This document shows, piece after piece, positions 38,872-47,525 of a stretch of 64,000 nucleotides of DNA (position 1 is its first letter; every line of letters starts with the position of its first letter). The stretch comes from Methanomassiliicoccaceae archaeon (GTDB lineage Archaea; Thermoplasmatota; Thermoplasmata; Methanomassiliicoccales; Methanomassiliicoccaceae): assembly GCA_040776945.1 (NCBI GenBank), contig JAXGZN010000001.1, positions 992,001-1,056,000 on the forward strand, written 5' to 3'. Below the pieces are notes generated by a model. The model searched no databases. It was not told where the DNA came from and worked only from the letters and a program-made list of their open reading frames with translations. Position numbers and translations under genes: made by a program.

Positions 38872-39791
38872 TCCCTGGCCTCCCCGTTGTCAGCGTCGAT
38901 CTTCCTGCCCACTTTCCTATAGAATATGTCTTCCAAGGTCACGGGGTTCAGCGAGAACCAGGTGCCGCTGTCTATAAGCACCTTCGACAGTTCATGAGAG
39001 CCCTCATCGGTCGTCATCACTTGGGTCATTCCGTCCCTTCCGACCATCATCTCTCCCTCGAAAGGCGGCAGAGCGGTGCCTGAAGGAAACTTGAGCACGT
39101 ACCTGCGGCCCATGCTCGCCCTCAGATCCTCCATCGAGCCCAACGCCAGTAGGCGGCCGCCATCAAGGATGCCGATGCGATCGGCAATGGACTCGGCCTC
39201 TTCCAGATAATGGGTGGTCATGAACAGGAACCGGTCCTTGCTGATGTCGGTCAGCAGTCCCCACAGGTCCCTTCGGGATATTGGGTCCAGACCGGTGCTC
39301 GGTTCATCGAGGAATATGAGGTCGGCGCCGGAGGCGATGACCATGGCGACCAGGGCCTTCCTCTTCATGCCGCCGGACAAAACCCTATTGATCCTGTTGG
39401 CGTGCTCCTCGATGCCGACCATGGCCACGGCGTCTCTGGCCTTTCGCATGGCGTCCTTATGGGCCTCTCCGCGCCAAAGCAGATATGCGGTGATCATCTG
39501 CACGGGGGACATCCACGGGACCACCTTTCCCTCTTGGGGGACCACGGCCATCCTGCTTCGCAGCTCCGCCGCGTCCTCCATTATGTCCAGCCCATCGATG
39601 GTAGCCCTCCCCGAGCTGGGCTCCAACAAGGTCGACATCACCCTGGTCAAAGTGGTCTTTCCCGCGCCATTGCGCCCTATGAGGGCGAACACTCCCCGGG
39701 TCGGGATGGTGAAGCTGATGTCCGAGAGGGCCTCCTTGCCGTTGCTGTATACCTTCGACAGGTTCTCGCATGATACCTCGTTGACCACCAT
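38868..39791 (-). CDS. ABC exporter ATP-binding protein
   Basis: GRNGAGKTT, LSGGMKRK, FLDEPSTGLDP, TTHYLEEA. Confidence 0.95.
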   Translation of the reverse strand: MVVNEVSCENLSKVYSNGKEALSDISFTIPTRGVFALIGRNGAGKTTLTRVMSTLLEPSSGRATIDGLDIMEDAAELRSRMAVVPQEGKVVPWMSPVQMITAYLLWRGEAHKDAMRKARDAVAMVGIEEHANRINRVLSGGMKRKALVAMVIASGADLIFLDEPSTGLDPISRRDLWGLLTDISKDRFLFMTTHYLEEAESIADRIGILDGGRLLALGSMEDLRASMGRRYVLKFPSGTALPPFEGEMMVGRDGMTQVMTTDEGSHELSKVLIDSGTWFSLNPVTLEDIFYRKVGRKIDADNGEARD

Positions 39792-39934
39792 TCTAGCTCT
39801 CCTGGGCAGGATATCTAAACGCCTTCCTCGTATAATTCTGATGGGTCGGTAAAGCAGGAACGAATAATATCTGCCGCTTGTTCTCCAAGACAGGCCGAGG
39901 GGCCTATGGCCGGCCTTTAATGCCCTCGAATAAT

Positions 39935-39961
39935 TATTATACTGTCAGATAAAGTATAATA
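39935..39961. promoter_or_regulatory. Perfect 9-bp inverted repeat overlapping a TATA-like element
   Basis: TATTATACT-N9-AGTATAATA. Confidence 0.6.
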
Positions 39962-40056
39962 TCCGTGATGATAACGGGCAGCGGGGAACTAGAGCGCAGC
40001 ATCCCGACGACCCCTGTCCGGTCAGAAGATATGACGCGACCGCATCGCTGACGGAT
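39961..40056 (+). ncRNA. Candidate box C/D-like (K-turn) small RNA or leader
   Basis: ATCCG..CGGAT terminal stem enclosing box C GTGATGA (39965-39971) and box D CTGA (40048-40051); begins about 25 nt downstream of the TATA-like element. Confidence 0.4.
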
Positions 40057-40242
40057 CAGTGAAGGGAACGAGGGCATGATGGACAAGCTCACATCGAGTA
40101 AAAAGAGGCTCGCGGCAAGGTTGGTCCGCACGGCGGTAACAGGCCCAATATTCCCCGGTCTCCTGATCACTGCGCGAGGAGGTAATGCGTTTCTCGCAAA
40201 CTGAACGGCATTAAGATGACATGGCTATGAGCGGTTCATCCC

Positions 40243-40275
40243 CGGCGGCGTTGCCCCCGCCGCCGAATTTTTTTT
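40243..40275 (+). terminator. Hairpin plus oligo-T terminator
   Basis: CGGCGGCG-N7-CGCCGCCG followed by AATTTTTTTT. Confidence 0.75.
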
Positions 40276-41234
40276 ATTTCACTGAGATGCCGAAAAACCG
40301 TAATCGGCGCGGGGCGCTCTAAGGCCTGCCGCCCGATGTCGTGACCACATGGCCATTGTCCCGGCATAGTCCTTCGGCGCAGACAAGGCCGCTCTCATGG
40401 CCCGGCCTGCGCCCGAGCTCACGGCTAACCTCGACCAGGCAGGCCCGCTCATCCATGTTCGGAGTAGGCCGTGGTCGAACAACAGCGTACGCGGAGCAAG
40501 GGATCGTACGCGGCCAAGGTTCATTGGGAATCGCCATCATTTCATTTAGATCGCCTCCGAGCGTCCCCCGCGGCCTAACACAGGCCAGCCTATGCCATTG
40601 CCTCGAGGAGGGTGTCATGAACAGGCCCATAGGCGGAAGTGGTTACGTGGCCCCTGTCCACGCATGGAGGCGATCCCATCTTAGCCCCATTGACGGTCCA
40701 GGCCGATCTCGCCTCAAGGAAGGGGCGGCCCTCGGCGCATGATCCCGGACATGCATCGTTCATGATGGCCCGTGTCCGTCTAAGCAGAGCTGTGGTGACG
40801 CCAGGGAGTAGAAAGGCTCTACCTTCCGGCGAGGTCCGACTAGCATCACGCGGCACCAGGAATTACGGACCGCACGACCTCTCAGCAAGGGGACGCTGAT
40901 GCTTTCGTCTGACACCGGCCCTTGGGCCGGTGAGCAGCTCTCTTAAGTTCAGCAGGGCATGGGCCGCATGAACGTCGACGGTCTGCGGAGACTGCGGTCC
41001 TGGGAAAGAGCGATGCATTTGTCCATCAAACGCCGGGGAACGCACGAACATATCGACCCGAACAAGGCGGTCTGTGAAGCTCCGATACCTATCTTGGAAC
41101 GCCCATTGCGATGGCGATAGGCCCCAGGGCGCCTATTTCCATGCTTCCTGGCGAACCTCGAGTGCCGAAAGGCCGGGCGAAGGCCAAAGACGCTGGTCAA
41201 TCTATTCAAATATTTGAGCGTCAATTCAAAGAAC

Positions 41235-41858
41235 ATGGCCGGCTGCAGGATCGAGATCTCCTACATCGACCCCGATGTGTATACATCCATAGTCAACCAC
41301 GAGCTGAGACGCACCATCCTCCGCAACCTATACGCAATGACCATCGACCGCCCGGTGACGAAGCAGGAGCTGGCAGATCGGACCAAGATAGGCTATCATC
41401 AGCTGAACTACCAATTGGGACACCAGCTGCGTGACTTCTGGAAGGTGGTGGACGAGAGGAAGGTTCGGGGGACCAGGCAGGAGTATCTCGCACCCTCTGC
41501 GCCGGGGACGATATTCATATCTGTAGGCAGGGACGGCAGAGTGTTCGTCGTTGACCCCCTGGCCAACCTGTTCGGGCCCCTTTCCAAGGTGGGCACGCGT
41601 TGCGACGGCTGCTCACCGTCGGACATGGAACGATGCATGGAGTATGTGAAGAGCGGCTGTTACTCCACGGACATATCTCCCGAAGAGAGGGCAACGCTGC
41701 ATGCCAACGGCAGAGAGGGATACATCCGGCCCATGGACCTGGCCATATTAAGCTCGATGAAGGGGGTGGCCAGCGGCAAAGGATGTTCGGTGAGCATACC
41801 ATGCGAGAGCTGCCCGTTCATGCGAAGGGCCATCAAGATAGGAGGCCTTGACGATTGA
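41235..41858 (+). CDS. ArsR-like winged-HTH regulator with Cys-rich C-terminus
   Basis: HELRRTIL..TKQELAD..YHQL HTH; CDGC...C...C...CSVSIPCESC. Confidence 0.75.
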   Translation: MAGCRIEISYIDPDVYTSIVNHELRRTILRNLYAMTIDRPVTKQELADRTKIGYHQLNYQLGHQLRDFWKVVDERKVRGTRQEYLAPSAPGTIFISVGRDGRVFVVDPLANLFGPLSKVGTRCDGCSPSDMERCMEYVKSGCYSTDISPEERATLHANGREGYIRPMDLAILSSMKGVASGKGCSVSIPCESCPFMRRAIKIGGLDD

Positions 41859-42970
41859 TCCCAGAAAGCCATTTATCGTTGGACGCCATCGTTGAGAGGA
41901 TGACCGCTAGAACGCGCTTCGCTGTGATCGGAGGCTACCTGGGAGCGGGAAAGACCACGCTAATGGTCGGCCTCGCTCGGTATTTAAAAGAGAGGCACGG
42001 AAAGAACGTGGCGATAATAACCAACGATCAGGGCCATGTTCTCGTGGACACCAAATATGCCTCCGAGGCCGGGTTCGATGTGCGGGAGGTCATGGGAGGC
42101 TGCTTCTGCTCCACCTTCCCCGAGTTCGTGAGGAACGCCCGTTCCATTGTACAGACCAGCAGGCCGGATGTCATCCTTGCGGAGCCTATTGGAACCTCCA
42201 CCAACATCCTTTCGTCAGTGGTCGAGCCTCTGCGCGCCCAATATCCAGAGGAGTTCGATGTTGCGCCGTTCCTCGTTGTGGTGGACGCCACCCGGGCAGC
42301 ATCGCTGGAAGGCTCGAAGCGCCTCATCCCCTCCCACCAGGTCAAGGAGGCGGAAGTGGTCCTGCTTTCGAAGACCGACCGCCTGGACGCTGAAGGCCTG
42401 GAGAGAGCGAGGACGGCGGTCGCCGCCCTCGCACCGGACGCCAGGATCATCCCCTACTCCGCTAGGACCGGAAAGGGCGTCGATGACATAGCCTCCCTGA
42501 CCTTATCGGCCGAGCGCAGCATCAAGGTCTTGAAGAGCGAGGACCATAGGAAGTTCGCGGCGGAGAAGTCAGCGATGTCATGGTACTCTAGCACCAGCAA
42601 GGTCTCTCCGTCAGAGCGTGTTGACCTCTATGATCTGGCCACCACCGTGCTCAGAGCGGCGGCGGACTCCTTCCCACCAGACGACCTGGCGCACGTGAAG
42701 GTGATGATAACCTCGCCCAAGGTGGGGGCCAAGATGTCCCTGGTGGCCGATTCAGTTCAGACAGATGGCGTGCGTGGCTCAAGGTACCTCGGGGATGAGG
42801 CAACACTGGTGGTGAACGCCCGGGTTATGGCGACCCCGAAGCGCCTTGGGGAGGTCATGCGAGGCGCGGTGGAAGCGCTCCCCTCGAAGTTCTCGCTGAC
42901 GGTGAACGATACTACCGAATCCTGCTACTCCCCTCGGCCGGAGACCCCCATGTTCATATCCGGCCTGTAG
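41855..42970 (+). CDS. CobW/HypB/UreG (G3E) family GTPase
   Basis: GGYLGAGKTT, ITNDQG, GGCFCS, AEPIG, VVDA, SKTD; 4-bp overlap with the regulator gene. Confidence 0.88.
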   Translation: MIPESHLSLDAIVERMTARTRFAVIGGYLGAGKTTLMVGLARYLKERHGKNVAIITNDQGHVLVDTKYASEAGFDVREVMGGCFCSTFPEFVRNARSIVQTSRPDVILAEPIGTSTNILSSVVEPLRAQYPEEFDVAPFLVVVDATRAASLEGSKRLIPSHQVKEAEVVLLSKTDRLDAEGLERARTAVAALAPDARIIPYSARTGKGVDDIASLTLSAERSIKVLKSEDHRKFAAEKSAMSWYSSTSKVSPSERVDLYDLATTVLRAAADSFPPDDLAHVKVMITSPKVGAKMSLVADSVQTDGVRGSRYLGDEATLVVNARVMATPKRLGEVMRGAVEALPSKFSLTVNDTTESCYSPRPETPMFISGL

Positions 42971-43150
42971 GTACGCTCTTTCAGGGGAGGGGCCAGACCA
43001 TTGTCCGAGGTCGTCCGGGCCGTTGGGAGATATATCGGCAGCGTTTTTTTCCCTTTCGGGTGACGCCGGGGCGTAGTTCATGCCATCTTACGCTCTCGAG
43101 GTCAAAAGGTATAAATTTCTGGCTGTTCAATGGAACGGTGGAGCGCGAGA

Positions 43151-43594
43151 ATGGTCACCGTCGATGACATGAACCACCGCATCCTCAAGCTGTTGATGAT
43201 GGATGGAAAGATGACCTATCGTGAGATAGCGTCGAAGCTCCGCAGGTCCCCCTCCACCGTCCGTGACCGCATCAGGAGGATGGAGGACTACAAGGTCGTT
43301 CTGGGATATGCGGCCATTGTCAACAACGAGCTCATGGGAATGCGATCGGACGCCATAGTCCTTGCGAACGTGGGCGACGGGATATCGGTCAAAGAACTTC
43401 GCAAGCTCCATGAGGTCGACGGGGTTATGGAGGTACTGCTCATCAGCGGGGGCAAACGGGTCATGGTCCGCCTGCACGCGCCGGACAACCACACCCTTGA
43501 CAACACCATAGCCTCATCCATCATGCCCCTGGGACTTAAGGACGTGGAGGTGCGGATCGTCCTGGAATCGGTCATGCGGTTCCCCGGGGTCTGA
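43151..43594 (+). CDS. Lrp/AsnC family regulator
   Basis: D-RILKLL-DGKMTYREIA..STV-DRIRRME HTH plus RAM-like domain. Confidence 0.9.
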   Translation: MVTVDDMNHRILKLLMMDGKMTYREIASKLRRSPSTVRDRIRRMEDYKVVLGYAAIVNNELMGMRSDAIVLANVGDGISVKELRKLHEVDGVMEVLLISGGKRVMVRLHAPDNHTLDNTIASSIMPLGLKDVEVRIVLESVMRFPGV

Positions 43595-43869
43595 CACTAT
43601 TCTGGTCCGGAACACTTCCAAAGGACACAGGCCGGCACGGCATGAGGGCCTTCGATCGATCGGCCGTGGAAAAGGAGGCAGGAACGTCCTTTGTCATGGT
43701 CGGCAGGCCCGTCCTCCCTTTGAGTCATCAAGGAATGAGTGTCTTTTAACGATTTTTAATTGCCAGTCTACGGCAGAGCTTATGAACAGGAATTGTACGA
43801 CGCGGATAATATGTAATATAAGACTCTTTATTATCTCGAACGGCATAGCAGCGGACGAGGCTCTGAACA

Positions 43870-44502
43870 ATGGCATCATTGAACCTGACGCTCATCCCTC
43901 AGCTTCCAGATCTGGACGAGATACGCCAGATGAGGAAGCGCCTAGACCTTTCACAGAGAGAGCTGGCGGCCTTGGCAGGAGTGTCCCAGTCATTGATCGC
44001 CAAGATCGAGAAGGGAAGCATAGACCCATCCTATGACAATGTCCGAAAGATCTTCAATGCTTTCGAGAACATTCTGAAGAAGAGAGCGCTGGAAGGCAAG
44101 AACATGGGGGCCCGGTTCACCGTCGGGGACCTGGCCACGCGGGGAGTGGTATCCATCATTCCGGAGGCCACACTGGCCGAGGCCGTGGACAAGATGGTCA
44201 CGGGCAGGTTCACCCAGCTTCCGGTGATGGCCGGCGATCGCATAGTGGGCGGTATAACCGATGACCGCATCAGGGACTTCACCATCGAGCAGACAAGGAA
44301 CCAGAAGATGTCCTATGACGAGGTGATGATGACCAAGGTCGAGACCGTGATGGAGGCCCCTTTTCCCATCCTCTCGGAAGATACCCCGATCGAACTGGCA
44401 TCCCTTCATCTGCAGCGAGAGGAAGCGGTCCTGGTAACCAGGCGAGGAACGATCATCGGCATACTTACCAGCGCCGACTTCCTGGACCTCGGGCTGCATT
44501 GA
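43870..44502 (+). CDS. XRE-HTH + CBS-pair regulator
   Basis: LSQRELA-LAGVSQSLIAKIE-G-IDP; FTQLPV; GILTSADF. Confidence 0.9.
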   Translation: MASLNLTLIPQLPDLDEIRQMRKRLDLSQRELAALAGVSQSLIAKIEKGSIDPSYDNVRKIFNAFENILKKRALEGKNMGARFTVGDLATRGVVSIIPEATLAEAVDKMVTGRFTQLPVMAGDRIVGGITDDRIRDFTIEQTRNQKMSYDEVMMTKVETVMEAPFPILSEDTPIELASLHLQREEAVLVTRRGTIIGILTSADFLDLGLH

Positions 44503-44507
44503 AGGCC

Positions 44508-45119
44508 ATGAAGAAGAACGAGCTGGAGAGAAGGCTTCAGAGGGTGGCTCCACACGCCCGTCCCCAGGCGCGTCTGGAGCAATACTCCACCCCGGCAGCG
44601 GTGGCCGCGGACATGCTGTTCACAGCATACGCCTTCGGGGACATCGCCGGGCGAAAGGTGGCCGATCTGGGCTGTGGCACTGGCATCCTGTCCATAGGCG
44701 CAGCGCTCCTGGGCGCCTCCAAGGTCATCGGCATAGAAGTTGACCCGCAGGCGGCGGCAGATGCCAGGAGGAACGCCAAGGAAGCAGAGGTAGAGATCGA
44801 GGTGAGGGAGGCGGACGTAAGGGACGTCAGGATGAAAGCGGACACCGTCATCATGAACCCTCCCTTCGGAGCCCAGCTCCGAAATGCGGACCGTCCGTTC
44901 CTGGAAGCGGCCGTACGCATTGCGCCCAAGGTCTACTCGCTTCACAATGCTCGGACCGTAGAGTTCCTGACATCCATGCTGCGGGCCCTGGACCGAGAGG
45001 TCTACTTCCAGAAAAGATATAAGTTCGAGATACCTCACATGTTCGAGTTCCACGAGAAGAGGAAGAAAGAGGTAGAGGTCGCACTGTTGTGCATCAGTTC
45101 ATTGGATGTGACGAAATGA
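44508..45119 (+). CDS. METTL5-family RNA methyltransferase
   Basis: LEQYSTP, DLGCGTG, MNPPFG, YSLH. Confidence 0.9.
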   Translation: MKKNELERRLQRVAPHARPQARLEQYSTPAAVAADMLFTAYAFGDIAGRKVADLGCGTGILSIGAALLGASKVIGIEVDPQAAADARRNAKEAEVEIEVREADVRDVRMKADTVIMNPPFGAQLRNADRPFLEAAVRIAPKVYSLHNARTVEFLTSMLRALDREVYFQKRYKFEIPHMFEFHEKRKKEVEVALLCISSLDVTK

Positions 45120-45673
45120 GCGGAAAGATGGTCTTACCCGGCGATGAGGTTGCTGTCGCCGAGGAGTACATGCCCGCGGAGGGCACATATGAGCAGGACG
45201 GAAAGATCCTGTCGAGCTTGGCCGGCGAACTGGAGCTGGACCATGAGGAGAAGGTAGCGAAAGTATCTCCCAAGAACCCCCTGGTGGTTCTTAAGAACGG
45301 GGACAGCGTGTTCTGCCGGATCACCGATGTTCGGGCAAGCATGGCCATCTGCGATATATTCGCCGCGGAGGGCAGGGAGCGTGAGATCACCGGAGAGACA
45401 TCGGCCACCATCCATGTGTCCAAGCTTTCTTCGGAATATGTGCAGGATGTGGGAAAGGAGTACCGCCCGGGCGATCTGGTACGGGCCAAGGTCATCCAGA
45501 CCCGGCCCTCTGTACAACTGTCCACCCAGGAACCGCATTTCGGCGTGGTCAAAGCGCTGTGTCGGAGATGCCGCCATCCCATGGTCAGGCAGGGGAAGGG
45601 CCTACGCTGCGAGCCGTGCGAGCGCGTTGAGACCCGCAAGATCGCCGACGATTACGGCGACATTAGCTTCTGA
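45116..45673 (+). CDS. csl4: Exosome RNA-binding subunit Csl4
   Basis: VLPGD..EEY-P-GTY, IHVS, GDLVRAKV, C..C..C..C-ETRKIA. Confidence 0.93.
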   Translation: MSGKMVLPGDEVAVAEEYMPAEGTYEQDGKILSSLAGELELDHEEKVAKVSPKNPLVVLKNGDSVFCRITDVRASMAICDIFAAEGREREITGETSATIHVSKLSSEYVQDVGKEYRPGDLVRAKVIQTRPSVQLSTQEPHFGVVKALCRRCRHPMVRQGKGLRCEPCERVETRKIADDYGDISF

Positions 45674-45908
45674 TGGTCTGAGCGAGGGGAAAGGGCACCT
45701 GAACGACGTCGCCGCGATATGGGCCAAGAAAGCGGCCAAGCGGCCGCTGTCTCAACGTTCACGCTGCTTGGACCAATAGGCGCTGGAGGATCAGGCGCAT
45801 AACCAGTCAAGCGCACGGCCCTTGTGTCCTGCCCATGCCGGCTATGCAAGCTATCCTTTAGTTACCCTTATATCGCATGTAGTTATTAGACGAAAAGCAG
45901 GTTGAACC

Positions 45909-46085
45909 ATGGCCAAGAGCAACGAGGATCTCATACGCGAGATCAACGATCTCAGGAACGAGATGAAGCAGATGAGAGAGGTCCTGAACGTGTTGTTCCA
46001 ACTGGTCGTGGAGGCCGACGAAGGAGATGAGGACGATGTTGAGTTCCCGACCTTCGTCCAGGACATCCCCCGTTTCAATAATTGA
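45909..46085 (+). CDS. Small coiled-coil/acidic protein (58 aa), not in the ORF track
   Basis: MAKSNEDLIREINDLRNEMKQMREVLNVLFQLVVEADEGDEDDVEFPTFVQDIPRFNN; strong GC3 bias; AT-rich upstream region. Confidence 0.8.
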   Translation: MAKSNEDLIREINDLRNEMKQMREVLNVLFQLVVEADEGDEDDVEFPTFVQDIPRFNN

Positions 46086-46118
46086 ACACGGTGCCTTTTT
46101 CATGAAGGTCGGTGAGCG

Positions 46119-46790
46119 ATGAAGGCGGTATGCCTGCTGTCCGGAGGGATCGACTCCCCGGTGGCCGCTTATCTAATGGGCCGCAGTGGCGCTGACGTGG
46201 TGCTGCTGCACATGGACAATCGTCCGTATGCCGGCCCAACGGCAATCTGCAAGGCCATGGACCTGGCCGACAGGATAGGGGCATGCCTAGAGCGGGAACT
46301 GGACCTATACGTGGCCCCGCACGGAGCGAACCAGCTGTTGATACACGATCGATGTCAGCGTAACCTTCAATGCGTGCTGTGCAAGCGCACCATGTTGAAG
46401 GTGGCCAGGGGATTGGCGCGGCGCATAGGCGCTGAAGCGGTTGTTACCGGCGATTCGCTCGGACAGGTAGCCTCTCAGACGCTGTACAACATAGTATCGG
46501 AGCAGTCCGGCCTGGACTTTCCGGTGCTCCGCCCCCTGATCGGTCTTGATAAGTTGGAGATCGAGGCCATGGCCAAGCGCATAGGCACATATGGGATATC
46601 GATCAGGAAAGGGTCGCCATGCACCATCGTGCCCAGCCGTCCGGCGACCATGGCCACCCCTGAGCTAATGGCCGCTCAGGAAAAGAGGCTGGACATCGAG
46701 AGGATCGCCCAGTACGCGGCCGATGAGGCCTTCGTGGTCAGAAGATCGAGCAGTTCTCGAGCCTTGACTCGTCCAACATGTCCGGGGTAA
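46119..46790 (+). CDS. ThiI-like PP-loop sulfurtransferase, catalytic domain only
   Basis: LSGGIDSPVA, CVLCKR, GDSLGQVASQT, RPLIG-DK-EI, third Cys in SPCT; no THUMP domain. Confidence 0.85.
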   Translation: MKAVCLLSGGIDSPVAAYLMGRSGADVVLLHMDNRPYAGPTAICKAMDLADRIGACLERELDLYVAPHGANQLLIHDRCQRNLQCVLCKRTMLKVARGLARRIGAEAVVTGDSLGQVASQTLYNIVSEQSGLDFPVLRPLIGLDKLEIEAMAKRIGTYGISIRKGSPCTIVPSRPATMATPELMAAQEKRLDIERIAQYAADEAFVVRRSSSSRALTRPTCPG

Positions 46791-46989
46791 CGCGATTGAT
46801 ATAGCGCGCCTGCACTCTCGATATGTACAAAATGTTCTCGCCGATCCTCACTTTGACGTCGGTGTCCTTGGGGGACTTAACAGTGATAGGCACGATGACA
46901 GGCCCGGAGCAGGAGGTGGACACTCTATAATCACGCCCGTTCCTCTTGACGAAGTCGATCACCTCCTGGTCGACCGTTATGCTCTGCAT
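46738..46989 (-). CDS. Hypothetical protein
   Basis: 83-aa ORF with coding-like codon usage (DYRVSTSCSGP...PKDTD...LYISRVQARYI). Confidence 0.7.
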   Translation of the reverse strand: MQSITVDQEVIDFVKRNGRDYRVSTSCSGPVIVPITVKSPKDTDVKVRIGENILYISRVQARYINRVTPDMLDESRLENCSIF

Positions 46990-47060
46990 GCCCCGTGGAT
47001 TAGACCCTTCGTATTTAGTGGTTGCGAAGTTATTTTCTGCCTCGCGTTCATGACCCCGCC

Positions 47061-47525
47061 GTGAGATTCGTTCTGGACACCTCCGCGCTGTTCGCCATGC
47101 AAGACCTACCGCCGGGCGAGGCGCATGCGACCCCGGGGGTTATCGCCGAGCTGCGGAAGTACGACGACCCCCGAGTGAGGTTCTGGGAGGACCTGCTTAA
47201 AGTCTCTTCGCCAACGCCCGGTGCGATCGACACAGTTCGCAGGACCGCCTTGCGTACAGGCGACGACGCTCGTCTCTCCCCAACCGACATCGAGGTCTTG
47301 GCGCTTGCCCTCGACCTAAGGGCGGAACTGCTCACCGATGACTACTCGATGCAGAACACCGCCAGAGCGATGGGGCTGAAATATCGCGGCGTAGGTATGA
47401 AAGGGATCAAGGAAGTGGTCCGCTGGAAGTACCGCTGCACTGGATGCCGTAAAGAGTGGGAGGAGAACCATCCGGACTGTCCGATCTGCGGAAGCCCCCT
47501 GCGCTCCTCGCGCTCAAGGAAATGA
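47061..47525 (+). CDS. nob1: Nob1-family PIN endonuclease with zinc ribbon
   Basis: VLDTSA, TGD-LS-TD, TDDYSMQN, CTGC..CPICG. Confidence 0.92.
   Translation: MRFVLDTSALFAMQDLPPGEAHATPGVIAELRKYDDPRVRFWEDLLKVSSPTPGAIDTVRRTALRTGDDARLSPTDIEVLALALDLRAELLTDDYSMQNTARAMGLKYRGVGMKGIKEVVRWKYRCTGCRKEWEENHPDCPICGSPLRSSRSRK

Noticed and set aside
39935-39961. Inverted repeat as a Xer dif site
   Set aside because: The 9-nt spacer and arm orientation do not fit the 11-6-11 ATAA-N6-TTAT layout
39960-41200. SRP RNA or RNase P RNA in the long intergenic gap
   Set aside because: I did not find the SRP helix-8 motif or the RNase P GAGGAAAGUCC signature
40280-41200. Short ORFs including one with an RBS at 40617 (GGSGYV)
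   Set aside because: The resemblance to a Rossmann motif is too short and no continuous protein follows
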